DNA of 60,705 bases, filler included, from Circinaria calcarea (lineage: Eukaryota): the NCBI GenBank assembly GCA_051942165.1. It is 6 parts of 6 records of this genome, joined end to end, with 100 filler letters (N's around TTAATTAATTAA, not from the genome) between each part and the next. Parts side by side here need not be neighbours in the genome. Positions count along the whole stretch, not along the records: positions 10,158 to 20,207 come from JAVECS010000853.1; positions 20,308 to 30,336 come from JAVECS010000854.1; 4 more parts are not named here. The stretch is one strand, 5' to 3'. Under the pieces are notes generated by a model that worked only from the letters and a program-made list of their open reading frames with translations, was not told the origin of the DNA and ran no database searches. The translations under genes and the position numbers were made by a program. Below are positions 11,300-22,386 of the stretch, piece after piece; position 1 is the stretch's first letter; every line of letters begins with the position of its first letter.

Positions 11300-14000
11300 A
11301 AGACGGCCTTTGAGGGAGTATCGATATTGGCTGCCGTTTCTGGTGTTACCCCGGCGACTGCCGTTACGTGCGCCTTGGTGGGGCCTTTTTCTTTGAAGCC
11401 ATAAGATTTTCAGTCACTCATCCCTCCCCGACACGGGCCCGACCGGGCAGAGAAAATAAGGCGGAGGCGGGAGGCGAGGGAAGAGGCGAGGGCCTGGAGG
11501 GAGTCAAACCCTAGGCTGACGAACAGGCTGGTTTGGGAGGGCTAAGGTGGAATTGAGGAGGGCGAAGGGGCGTTACGGTGAGTTAGAGGGAGAGCGGAGG
11601 CGGACGGGGAAGGCTTCTTCTTCGGGCAGTCGATGGCTTTGTGCGTCGTCTTGCCACAGATCCAGCATTTTTTAGTCTGTACGGGTATCTTGAAGATTTC
11701 GTTCGATATAGGATGTAGGTAGTCTGCAGTATGAAATCGTGGTTTGGGGACTCTAAAATATGCGTTTGGTATACTCCGATCGCTGCGTTTTAATTCGAGA
11801 AGATTTGCTTCCGCTTTGGTGTGCTCCGTATGCTGCTGGTGCTGGTGAAGGTGCCCTGTCGCTTGGCCTCAAGGGACTTGCCACTTACCTAGTCCCGACG
11901 ACTTGTTCAGATTTGATAGGGCGAGTCCTATCTCTGCAAGTCACCGAGGGCAGCAAAAAAATGCAGTGGCTGATAGTTGATCCATCGGGTATATTGACCC
12001 TTCGAAGACGAGTCCTAGACTAGGCTCGCTAGTCGTTACCAATTAATAATGACTTAGGTCTTTCTTGAGTATATATTTCAACTCCCGTCGGTATCTCATA
12101 TGCTATCCCTGGACTTTATCTCTGCAGCATCTTGATAAAATGCGAGGCGGTGAGAGTTTTCTTGCTGTGAGTTGTTATCTTTGTCGACAATTTTCTTAAT
12201 AAAAAGCGGCATAGTGCTCTGTCCCATCTGAGAAACGTCAGTTACCGTACCCCTTGGTCTACACATTCGGTGAACCAACTCCAGGCGCCGGATCAATCCT
12301 CAAGAGGGAATAATGAAAATCGTCATCCAATCCGGCAGATTGTTGGAATAGGGACTAAGGTACTCCAAGAATAGGTAACTGTTAGACTGTGGGAGGTAGG
12401 AATGATGTAGGAGTTTTTGAAGAACGTCCACGATACCGGCTTCTGACGTATAGGAACGCTCGGGTCTAGTCTGGTTCCTAACACAAGATCGGAAGCCATT
12501 TTAAAGTTGCGAAGCCCTAGCCCCAACCTTAGATGAATCTGTGTAAATCTAGTGGAAGGATGACTTAGGGGCGGGTTAGTCTTGTCGTTGAGAGAAATCT
12601 AGAGGTCGGTATCATTGTAATGGATTCTATGTCTTTCATCTCATTTCGATAGCAGAAGCCGTGTATTGTAAAGGGTGGTTAGGACCTTGGGATAAGTTTC
12701 TCACTATTATAAACCAGGCCGTCTGTTCGACACCTTGCAAAGGATATAGGGATCGCTTCTTTGGATAGGCGGAGAGAGTGGTCGTCATAGTAGACTGAAG
12801 AAGATTGACAAGCATATTGGGCAGATCGACAATCATATTAGAATACCAAGCATCCCGGCGTTAGCAGTTCTTATAGGCTGGGTGTAACTAACCCTGGAGA
12901 TGTATCCTGTTTCGATGGTTGCAAAGACACGATAACGCTTCGGATAGCCGATGATACCTGAAATGCCATTCTCGACTACATCTATATATGACGTTGGCAA
13001 GTAAGCCTTTGGCGACCAGTGAGCGGATTGTGTAAGTCGAGAAGGTTAAGTGCAATGCCCTAGCCGATCATGGGTTGTACCTCGGTAACATATGCTTCTG
13101 ACTAAATCGTACGGGTAATGCCCGTGTTTTATAAAATATCGGCTCCACCTGCTCCATAGGCTGTTCCAAATGTCCCAAGGGGCCATGATTGCTGACTGAA
13201 TCAAGACTGGCTGGGTTCGAGGGTACGGTATGGGTCCTCGATTCCAATACGAATCTGGCTCATGTTAAGGTACGAGACCAGACGGATCGGGCTTTGGAAA
13301 TTGGATGATTCACATGATATATGTCATCAATCATAGGCGGTTGAGGGCTGATAGCTCAGTGTAGAAACAGGATACATTCTTCGTCTAGTGTAGCAAAGGT
13401 TTCAGTTTGGTATCATTAGGGGAGTTCGATATGCCACTCGTAAAGAAAAGATCGTCTGTAGCATTCATTCAGCATGGCCTATACCTAGGGTAGGGTGCCA
13501 ATCGCCAGAGGGGTGCTGGTGTTAGTATACACTTGTGAAGACGACTTAACAACAACATCCCTAGCCCTAACAGCTATTCCCCGAATATTATGGCCCCATC
13601 TCGTTTTCGTTCCAGTACCCTTTGAAACAATCTTCCCCGAGCCCCCTGGCATATCTATAGTTGAAGTTCCAAGTCCTCTTGGCTGTTTCGGGATTCGAAC
13701 GTACCTACTGTCGATGAATCTTATCAAGGTGAACCGAGCAGAGAGGTTGCAGCTAAAGTTTGAGGAGTTGGGATCAAAAGTTTTGGTGACTTGAAGATAA
13801 TGGAGATAGAATCATGATAGGTGTCTTAGACAGTCGGAAAACGTAAGGACTTTGTGTCGAGAAAAGGATGCGGAGGAGACTGTCATATATAAGGTGCCAA
13901 GAGTCCTGGGGAGCTCTCAGTGAGTCACTCGTTGGGAAATATGTTCGAGTATTTGCTTTAGTACTTCGGTAAGAAAGCCCATTCAAGTGGAATACTATAA
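11300..14000 (-). pseudogene. Stop-riddled (RIP-like) coding relic with a C-terminal CCHC zinc knuckle; family unknown
   Basis: 11667-11626 encodes CWICGKTTHKAIDC (C-x2-C-x4-H-x4-C). Upstream frames read protein-like (e.g. GIVDVLQKLLHHSYLPQSNSYLFLEYLSPYSNNLPDWMTIFIIPS*GLIRRLELVHR) but are broken by TAA/TAG/TGA. Boundaries are approximate. Confidence 0.45.
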
Positions 14001-16306
14001 CCATAGCATAGGAGATGACTGTTGTACTGCACAAAGCGGCCGTACATAGTTACTACAGTAGTAAGTTTCAAGGCGACTACCACAAAAGCTGATGGATGGA
14101 GGAGAGTTGAGAACGAAATGGGATCTCCGGACACGTTGGACTTGCGCTAGAAGACACGAGTGTTTTCCTACTGATATTCCTATGTTCAAGTATTGTAAGA
14201 AGGTTAAAAGATAAGTAGGATTAGTAAGATAAGAATAGCGAAAATATACTTTGACCCGCAATGCTCAAAGGTGACGATACCGACAGAATGGTAATAGCTC
14301 CTGCCGTCTCCACAATTCCTTTATCGCAGTCTGACTCAGCTTCCGTATTTAGCATTCCTGCCTGAAAGCCAAACAGTGGAGAAGTGGAGACCGATATCGC
14401 TTGTGTCATATTGATGGAACCGATTGGGATCTTGAGTGAGCAATATCGAGCTGCAGGTGGCGCGGGCGTAGACAAAACCACACTTCATCAGGGTAAAGCT
14501 TCAGCAGTGCAAAGGCACATAAGACAAGTTTCTCATCAAGCCGTCACATCGCCCAGCTCAGGGCAAAGCTATAAGCGATGCTCGTGGACGGGCATTGCTA
14601 GAGCATGAATGCCTAGAGTGAAGCGTTTACGAATAAGAAACGCATTGCCACGTGACGAAGTTGCAGTCCAGTCCTGCAAAGCCTCCACACAAACGATGAC
14701 CTGCAGAAAAGTCAAACATCGAGAAGACTCAAAGAGAATGAGTTGTTGGTTGTTGCTTCTACTTATGGGGCTGAGTACCTCGTAACAGGACCGGGTTCCG
14801 GGCAAGGGTTTGAGGTGGCGCCGACATGTCTGTGCGACATACCATATCTCGGTAAGATGCAACGGGTTGTCCCAGCGCTTGGCAGGCGCTTTTCGTTAGG
14901 TTCTGTGGAGAAAGGGACACAAATAGATTTAAGCTCTCGATGCGCTTGTATACGTCGCATGAAGATAAAGATGGCAATCTGTGCATTTGGAAGGATTGTT
15001 CTTTGAAAGGTCTAGCGGAGGCCTAAAGATTTCGTGTCACACCAATCCTAGCGGAGAGTCGAGAGTGGACGTTTCAGAGCTGAAGGCCGACAGCTTACAG
15101 CGTGAAGCTGAGCCTACTCCGCTGATTAGTGTTCCCTTTATCATTCTTACCTGTACTCTTTGACGTTTAACTGCCGACCGCCGCTGAACAGAGTTGGGGT
15201 GCATATGGCCGTGGCAACCAGGAGCATGGTCGAGGGTAAATTTTCGCAAATCATCGGCTTGCCTCCAACGGGATGGACTCTCGGAGACACGTCCGGGCAG
15301 TGTGGCTCGGAGAAGCATTATTTTGTATTAGTCCCATACTTTGCACATCGGATGATTACTGTATGGGCAGGTTTGAATAAGCTACCACCTCGATTAGCCG
15401 GCCGAGGCTCTCGGATAGGGGAGGATTAGCATTTGAAGGATCGGGTGGCGATCTCTGAGCGGGGAAATGCCGTTCGTTTAGACCTTCTTTTCATAGAAAA
15501 TACCCTCCGAGGGTTGCGTGTGCATCCGTCGTCACTCTTACTCCGTACTCGAGAAGATTCCAGACCAATGATACTCTGTAATATTCACCAAAGGCTGGGG
15601 AGAGCTTCGGATTTGCAGAGGCAATGCTCAATGCAGATTCGCGTTTGTGGCTAAGCAAAAGAGGCTGAAGGAGCTAGGACCAGCCGAGGCACACCCACCA
15701 AGTTCCCCCGCAACACCCAATGAAAGCGACCGCCCGTCTTTTCCTGCCCGGAGTCATCCACATGCTCTAGGCCATCACCGGCTAAGGAAATCATCCACAG
15801 CCATCGACTGACGAGCTGAGAAGAGCGTTCTGATCGTCTCCATCTTACGTGCGCCCGTGGCTGCGAATCATGTCGCCCGTCCCCATTCGGACGCAAGTCA
15901 GTTGGGGATGGTCAAGGAGGGTAAGAGTTGACGATCGCGAAGGATGCCCCCAGCCTCATATGATCTCGAACATCAGATGGCAGGTCGGGCAGGTCGGGCA
16001 TGTCTCACGGAACAGTCGTCTGCTGGATGGCACCAGTGAGTGGCCATGGTTCTCCGTTGGCATCTGATGTTCTCTGCCGGGGCAGTCATTACCAGTTCTG
16101 GGGACTCGAGTATAAGCATAAGTCGGCTTCCCCATTCCCTCCCTTTCCCGGCTCCTCCATTGCCGTGTCTTCCATGCATCTGACTCCTCACATTCCCAAA
16201 CCGCCAGCCATTCTTCTCTTCAAGCCGGGACATAGTGCCAGCATAAGTGGGTCGAAGATTCCACGAACCCGTCCTAGTGGGAGACTTCCTAGTGGGAGAC
16301 TCTGGA

Positions 16307-16442
16307 ACGCGTCGCCTCGAGCATCGCGCCCCCTTACTCTTGGGCTCCCGGCCACAATTTCGTGGAGTCGCGCGTCCGAAAAGGGGAATCTTCACGTAAC
16401 CTTTGGGCTGCAGATTGAACTGCCGGGAATCGGTGTTTCGTG
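16307..16442. promoter_or_regulatory. Cluster of G1/S cell-cycle boxes upstream of the Pcl cyclin: MCB ACGCGT (16307), CGCGT (16371), SCB CACGAAA on minus strand (16358, 16436)
   Basis: Exact matches to yeast MCB/SCB consensus within 140 bp; yeast PCL1/PCL2 are G1/S-regulated. Function here is inferred. Confidence 0.45.
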
Positions 16443-17894
16443 CAAAGATAGCTCTACTCGAGGCTTAGTCGGTCTCACTGATTGGACCACGACAGAAAAA
16501 AGGCTTGAACTCAGTCGAAGCATCTGAAACAGTGACCGCTGTCCCGATCAGAAAGGACAGTCGGAACCAACGTGTCTCCTTTAATCTTTCCGCCGTGAAG
16601 CTGCCGCATTGCTATTGGCTGTTTCAGATCCAGGACTTCCCTCAGGGGGATTTGGCCAGGGCCCAAGTCGCGCGCTAAAGCTACAAGCGAACGACCAACC
16701 ACGCAGCAGAGACTCCCCGCATCCAAAACGGGGCTACTCTCAATTCCAACAGGGAGGCACGCGCAGGAAGGAGGTTTTGCTGGTGGAGAGTGGAGACAGG
16801 AGACTGGACAGACACGCCAGAGAAGGGGGTGGAGTGCAGTATCCATTGCAGAGTCGCGCGGTATCTCTGATTTCACTCCCCATTCGTCGACAGGGGGTGA
16901 CTCCTCCAGTGGCTGGAATTGCAGCGAGGGGGAGCAGAGGGGACTCGACTCTGAGATTCATAAAGATCGTGACTCGACCCTTTTTTTCATATCACGAACA
17001 CCCGACCAACATTCCTTTCCCTTCTCAACTTATTTCATATCCTCTCCGCTTGACCGCCAACCGGACTTACCCTCTTATCCGCGCTTGTTACCTTACCTTC
17101 TTTCGATCATCCTCCCACCGTTTCTAATACCACCTCACTGGCTTGAGGTTGTTGTTGTTGCATTCCTCCTGACAAAGAGTGCTCGGTCACTTTTGTCTCT
17201 GGCGATTCCACTACTGCATCTCGCATATATCCGACCGAGCCAACACCACTCCACCCCAGCCCTCTTCCACCCCCTAGCCACGCCCAAGGTCCGGTACCGA
17301 GGCAGCTTCCAAGCGAAACCGGCTTAGCTCGGCACTCTCCGGATTCTCCTCTATTAATTCCAAAGGCTGCCCTGTCGGCTATCCCTCACAAGTCCAACGG
17401 GTCTAACGGCAAGCTCACCAATACACCCGCTCTCCATTCACTCTCTTGGAGATCTCCAACCAACAATCGCCTATCGCCTGTCCCCCTCGTTCACTGAGTC
17501 AGCCCTGGACTGTGCGGATTCATCATCATTCATTCTAGAAGCTTAGAAGATTCCGCCGGCCGGGATTCCCTTCGAGACATCACTTCACTAATCGATCTCT
17601 CGCTTGACCGCCTCTATTGACACGCTCAATACAACGGGGACATAATAGCATTGCCCGATCTTTACGAACTTATAGACTCACCATCACCCTCACGTTCACG
17701 CTTTACGAAATAATATTCACAGAGGAACCTCGTCATCCATAGATTAATACCCAGACGTGCCAACCCCACAATCTCTCGTCATCTTGCAGCATTTGACATC
17801 CAGCTTCCACAAGCTTGATCATATTGCCCTCGAGCAAGCCATCTCCTATCTTAAACACAACATCACCTCGACATCTCCATCATCTTCCTCCAGC

Positions 17895-19118
17895 ATGGCA
17901 GCTCCAACAGCAGCCCAGAACAAGGCCGCCCTTGATCACTTCATCATGCTCCCCGTCTCCCGTTCAATGGTCTCCTACTTGGCGCAGAAGGCCTCGACAG
18001 TCATACGTTGTGGGTCCCAACCGTTGCGGACAGACAAGCACCTTCCTCCCACGCCTCCTTCCACGCCCCCTCTGGATGGCCCGGAACGAGCCCCCCTCCA
18101 ACCCTCTCTTCCATCCCTCGAGGCCTTTATCCAGTCCCTTGTTGACCGTTCCCATGTTCAAGTTCCCACCCTCATGTCGTCCCTGGTCTACCTTTCACGT
18201 CTGCAAGCGCGACTGCCCCCGGTAGCCAAAGGCATGCGTTGCACCGTTCACCGCATCTTCCTGGCTTCTCTCATCCTCGCCGCCAAGAACCTCAACGATT
18301 CCTCGCCGAAGAACAAACATTGGGCTCGTTACTCGGCCGTTCGCGGCTACGAAGGCTTCGGCTTCTCCGTCACAGAAGTAAATCTGATGGAAAAGCAGCT
18401 TCTCTTCCTCCTCGACTGGGACCTCCGCATCACCCCTCAAGATCTGTACACCCACCTTGAGCCCTTCCTGGCCCCCATCCGCATCCAGCTTCACCAACGG
18501 GAAGAACGTCAAGAGACCCGCCGTATTGCTCTCCTCCGTGAACGCGAACTGGCCCTCAACCGTCCAGCTTACCCGTCCCCAAACTGCTCTTCGCAAAGCT
18601 TAGCCTATGAGTCCCCACGCTGCTATACCAACGCCTCCTACGCATCAGAAGAACGCTACTACGCTCCCCATCCTACCACCCGCCGTCTCCGCTCCATCTC
18701 TCCCCCTTCCGCAGAGGCAGTCCCTGGTCTTATACGCTCAACAACTGCCTACGATACCCCCGGCACGACCACCTCCCGCAGCTCCTCCATCTCCCCGCCC
18801 CCTAGTCGAGGCACCAGCACGCCTGCAAGCTCCATTTCTGCCTACGGTGAAGACGCATACATGCCCACCATGACCATTACGGAGCCGGAACTCGCTTTCA
18901 AGTACCCGTATACCAATATGGCAATAGGCTATGATGAGGGCTACATGGTCGAGGGAGAAAGTCTCTACAGAGTCCGCGGTGGCACGTATCCAGGTGGCGA
19001 GGAGAAACCGGCCAAGAAGGCGAAAATGGGGAACAGCAGTGGGGGAATCATCTCGCGGTTTTTGAACAGTGCGACGGCAGGATACGAGAGGAGGGGAGCG
19101 AGGATGGTGGCTGCATGA
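17895..19118 (+). CDS. PCL1: Pho85 cyclin of the Pcl1/Pcl2 class (pclA-like), single exon
   Basis: Cyclin box: [32 protein letters not shown]…[41 protein letters not shown]…[17 protein letters not shown], with a Ser/Pro-rich tail. First ATG at 17895; the frame is open upstream to the TAA at 17745. Confidence 0.92.
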   Translation: MAAPTAAQNKAALDHFIMLPVSRSMVSYLAQKASTVIRCGSQPLRTDKHLPPTPPSTPPLDGPERAPLQPSLPSLEAFIQSLVDRSHVQVPTLMSSLVYLSRLQARLPPVAKGMRCTVHRIFLASLILAAKNLNDSSPKNKHWARYSAVRGYEGFGFSVTEVNLMEKQLLFLLDWDLRITPQDLYTHLEPFLAPIRIQLHQREERQETRRIALLRERELALNRPAYPSPNCSSQSLAYESPRCYTNASYASEERYYAPHPTTRRLRSISPPSAEAVPGLIRSTTAYDTPGTTTSRSSSISPPPSRGTSTPASSISAYGEDAYMPTMTITEPELAFKYPYTNMAIGYDEGYMVEGESLYRVRGGTYPGGEEKPAKKAKMGNSSGGIISRFLNSATAGYERRGARMVAA

Positions 19119-20207
19119 TTGAAAAGGACATCCTGGTCTAGTTTACAATATTCCGCAAATCGCGGTTGATGCTACCCTGGAGGTGCAGAGGGTGGGGGTT
19201 GGAGGTTTTGGAGAAACCGCATGCACTCTCCTAATGGAAATGAATTTACGAACCGCGAAAGAATGTCCCTGTTGTCTTTTTTGACCATGTCTTCTGTCAC
19301 ATCATGTCTGGTTTTCGGTACGAGGTATCACGAGGCATGAACGTCCTACAAATCTGCATGCGCTTTAGCGAAAGAACCGTTTTTTGTTTTATTTGGCATT
19401 TGCGCATTTGAGCATTTTGATCCTGGCAACTGCCAGCAGCTGAGATGAGATGAGATAGTTTGGGGAAGGGGGCCCCGCCCGAACCCCTTTCTGGCATGGC
19501 ATAGCATAGCATCATACAGGTGGCGCTTCTGAAATCCTCTTTTTTTTTGATAGAGGGCAATCGTGCTTGTGTCGTGGCTGATGAAATGAAGGGGCGAATG
19601 AGGAATAAGAATGGGAATGGGGAATGGGGCAGTCCGGAAAATTTTTCGATAAACTGGATTGATTGAAAAAAAATAAAAATTTATCCCATCCATTTTCCAT
19701 TTTTCTTTGATTTCCATATAATACAATGCAATGTACTGCCTTGATTATTTCCCCCCCCGGACTTACCCCATTGCAAAAAGGAAAAAAGTTACGGTTTAGT
19801 TTTCTACACTTGTACAGAGGTAAGGGATTTACATAGTACTGGGGTCTACAAAAGCATATCAGTCGTTAGTACGAATCTGCTAATACCGGGGGATCTTATT
19901 GGTCGCTCGCTCGCTCGCTATACTTGAAATATACACCTGTTCTGCCAAGCTCACTAACGACTGATATGGCTTGTAGACCGGTAATTCTTATTCGCCATCC
20001 GGCTGTTGGGGAATGCCCGAGTGCCGAGTTGCCCCCCCCCATCGAAGAAAAAATTTTGGAAATGAGAAAAAGGCAGAAATAAAACAAAAGTTGAAAATAA
20101 GATCAGATCAGATCAGATCAAGTGAAAGATTAATTGGTGGCAGGGCTGATTGGCCTCTTTACCCATCCATCCAGGCCAGAGACACACACCTCTCTCTCTG
20201 CCCCCCC

Positions 20208-20307
20208 NNNNNNNNNNNNNNNNNNNNNNNNNNNNNNNNNNNNNNNNNNNNTTAATTAATTAANNNNNNNNNNNNNNNNNNNNNNNNNNNNNNNNNNNNN
20301 NNNNNNN
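20208..20307. other. Artificial contig linker
   Basis: N-run/TTAATTAATTAA/N-run, 100 nt. Confidence 0.98.
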
Positions 20308-21247
20308 TGTTTGCATTGTTAACGGTGAACGATTCGCCGTTTCCCCGACCAATACTCGATTGTCGACGCTCGCTCAAGCCCCTTTCTAGCTCCCGAATCC
20401 GGCGTTTTAGCAATTCATTCTCACGCTTGACAGATTCTAATTCCGCCCGGTGGTGTGCTGCTTCTTCGTATCGCGGGCTTACGATGGAGGTTGGTCGGGT
20501 AGGAGAACGAGCATTAACGCGGCTAATGGTTTGCTGAGGGATATTTGGATTTGGGGCATGGCTTTGCTGCGACATTGAAAGGCGGTGGGGGAGTGTCCAT
20601 TGAAATTGATCCCCGTGCGGCATTGATGCCGCAAGTAAAGGGGATGCTGCTTCAGATCGTCTGGAAGATGCATGAGAATTATGCCGGCTCAGCGACTCTC
20701 TAGCATGGGACAGTAGAGAGCCCGCCGCTGTAGCATCCCTTGCCGGAGCCACGCCTGAGACTACGCTATCATTGATGCTCAGAGAAGTACCTGTTGTACC
20801 TGTGGGATTATTGACGCTCCGGCTGCTTAGATTCGAAGACGAACGGTGTTTTCGTGAAGGGGTGGGATGACTCGATCCTATATGCATGTGGCTGGCATTG
20901 AGATCTGTGAAGTCGTTTGGGCCATTTGATGTAGATGAACTTGTTGATGCAACGGAAGCAGACTGCTGTCGGAGCGCGGACAATTCCCTAGTCAAACGGT
21001 TAACCTACCCATCAAGAACCTCGTCAGCCACTTCCCGGCAAGCTTTGTGTACAGCATACTCACGACTGCCTCTTGTTCCCTTTCTAGCTCAAAATGTAAT
21101 TCGGCAGCTGTCAGTGGCCTTGGATGCCGAAGAGGGCCTAGAGCAATGCGGTCAGCAACCACGGAGCTATGAGACCAACGATTTAAGACCTGGTCCAGCA
21201 CCGACACCACTGTCGTCTGCTACAACTGCAGGAGCATTCTCCGTCAT
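20308..21247 (-). CDS. Conserved fungal coiled-coil/low-complexity hypothetical protein, 3'-truncated; start uncertain
   Basis: Two GT-AG introns splice to GVGAGPGPLRHPRPLTAAELHFELEREQEAVVNRLTRELSALRQQSASVASTSSS, with C-terminal coiled coil RYEEAAHHRAELESVKRENELLKRRIRELE. The frame stays open upstream of ATG 21247. Confidence 0.75.
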
Positions 21248-22386
21248 AATGGATTGGGGTGGAAGCTTGTTTCCAACACTGGTTCTCCTGTGTGCTTGGG
21301 ACTGATGGTCAGTAGTACACGAATGGGTGCCTTGTGCGTCGCGAGAGGAATATGGATGCGTGTCAGAATTGCGTTCCTGATCCGGTGATGCAGAGGTAAT
21401 GGTAGTGGTCAGCTTTAAGATCAAGAGGAGTCATGTTCGTGCGGAATGCCGTAGACGCCGTCTCCCATTCACTCTCTTCCGTTGATCACCCAGGTTACTT
21501 CTTCGGAAAGATTGCGTTTATCGCTTGGTATGGCGGCGGTTTCGAGCAGTTCTAATCGATAACGGCAAATAACCTACCCCATCGGGCCGAGAGGCCGGAC
21601 TCAATATAATAAATTACCAGCTAAAGGAGTACTAACTTGTTGCTTATACTACTATCTTGTTCTTCTGGTGGTCAGGTGTGGAGTACGGTGCCAATAGTAG
21701 ACGGTCCTTAATGTTTGTCATTGTGGGGCTTACAACGGGAGATATTAATGTTCTCCACCACAATAGAATCGTCCCATCATCACCGTGATTATATGCCACT
21801 ATTGTGTGTCCTGCCACGTGGAAGGAAGACCGGAGGACCGAGGCAGAAGCAAGCAAGGTAAAACCACCAAGCATATAGAAACTATGACCCTCCACATTAC
21901 CATCACCCGCTCCGGTTTCTTTATGATAAGAGGTCCTAGCTATTGAGCGCGTGATCGATCAGCTATAACATCACATTTAGAGGTGGATATTCTAGGGTCA
22001 TGCGCTAGGACTTTACACATCCAAGCAGAGACTTAGTCAGGGCGGAGAACTACATTTTCCACATACCTATACAGAGAGAGAGCGGATATCTTGCCATCGG
22101 CTCTCCTTCAGATTCCTGTTCAGCAGGCATATTTATAGCCCGAGTAGAGTATCGAAAGGGGAGGCGACCTTCCCAATACTAGAGACCAATTTCGCTTTTC
22201 ACTGCTCCGGAACTTCGGGAAGAACTTGCATCATTCCTCTGTACAGATTAGCCATCGTATGCAGTCGCCATGAAGGTTGTGATCCGCCCCCTTTGCTACG
22301 TGTTATTGACTTGGGCGCTTCATGAGCATCAAGGATTCGCATGACAGTAACATCTTGGTCAAGACACCACCATTCGGTCGACCATC

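Noticed and set aside
13225..13255. IRIGIEDPY plus the downstream zinc knuckle as a terminal uridylyltransferase relic
   Set aside because: No nucleotidyltransferase GS…DxD motif seen, the residues after IEDP do not fit, and the coding frame is ambiguous.
14500..16170. Many short overlapping ORFs upstream of the cyclin
   Set aside because: Mostly non-ATG starts on both strands without domain signatures; better explained as long intergenic or regulatory DNA.
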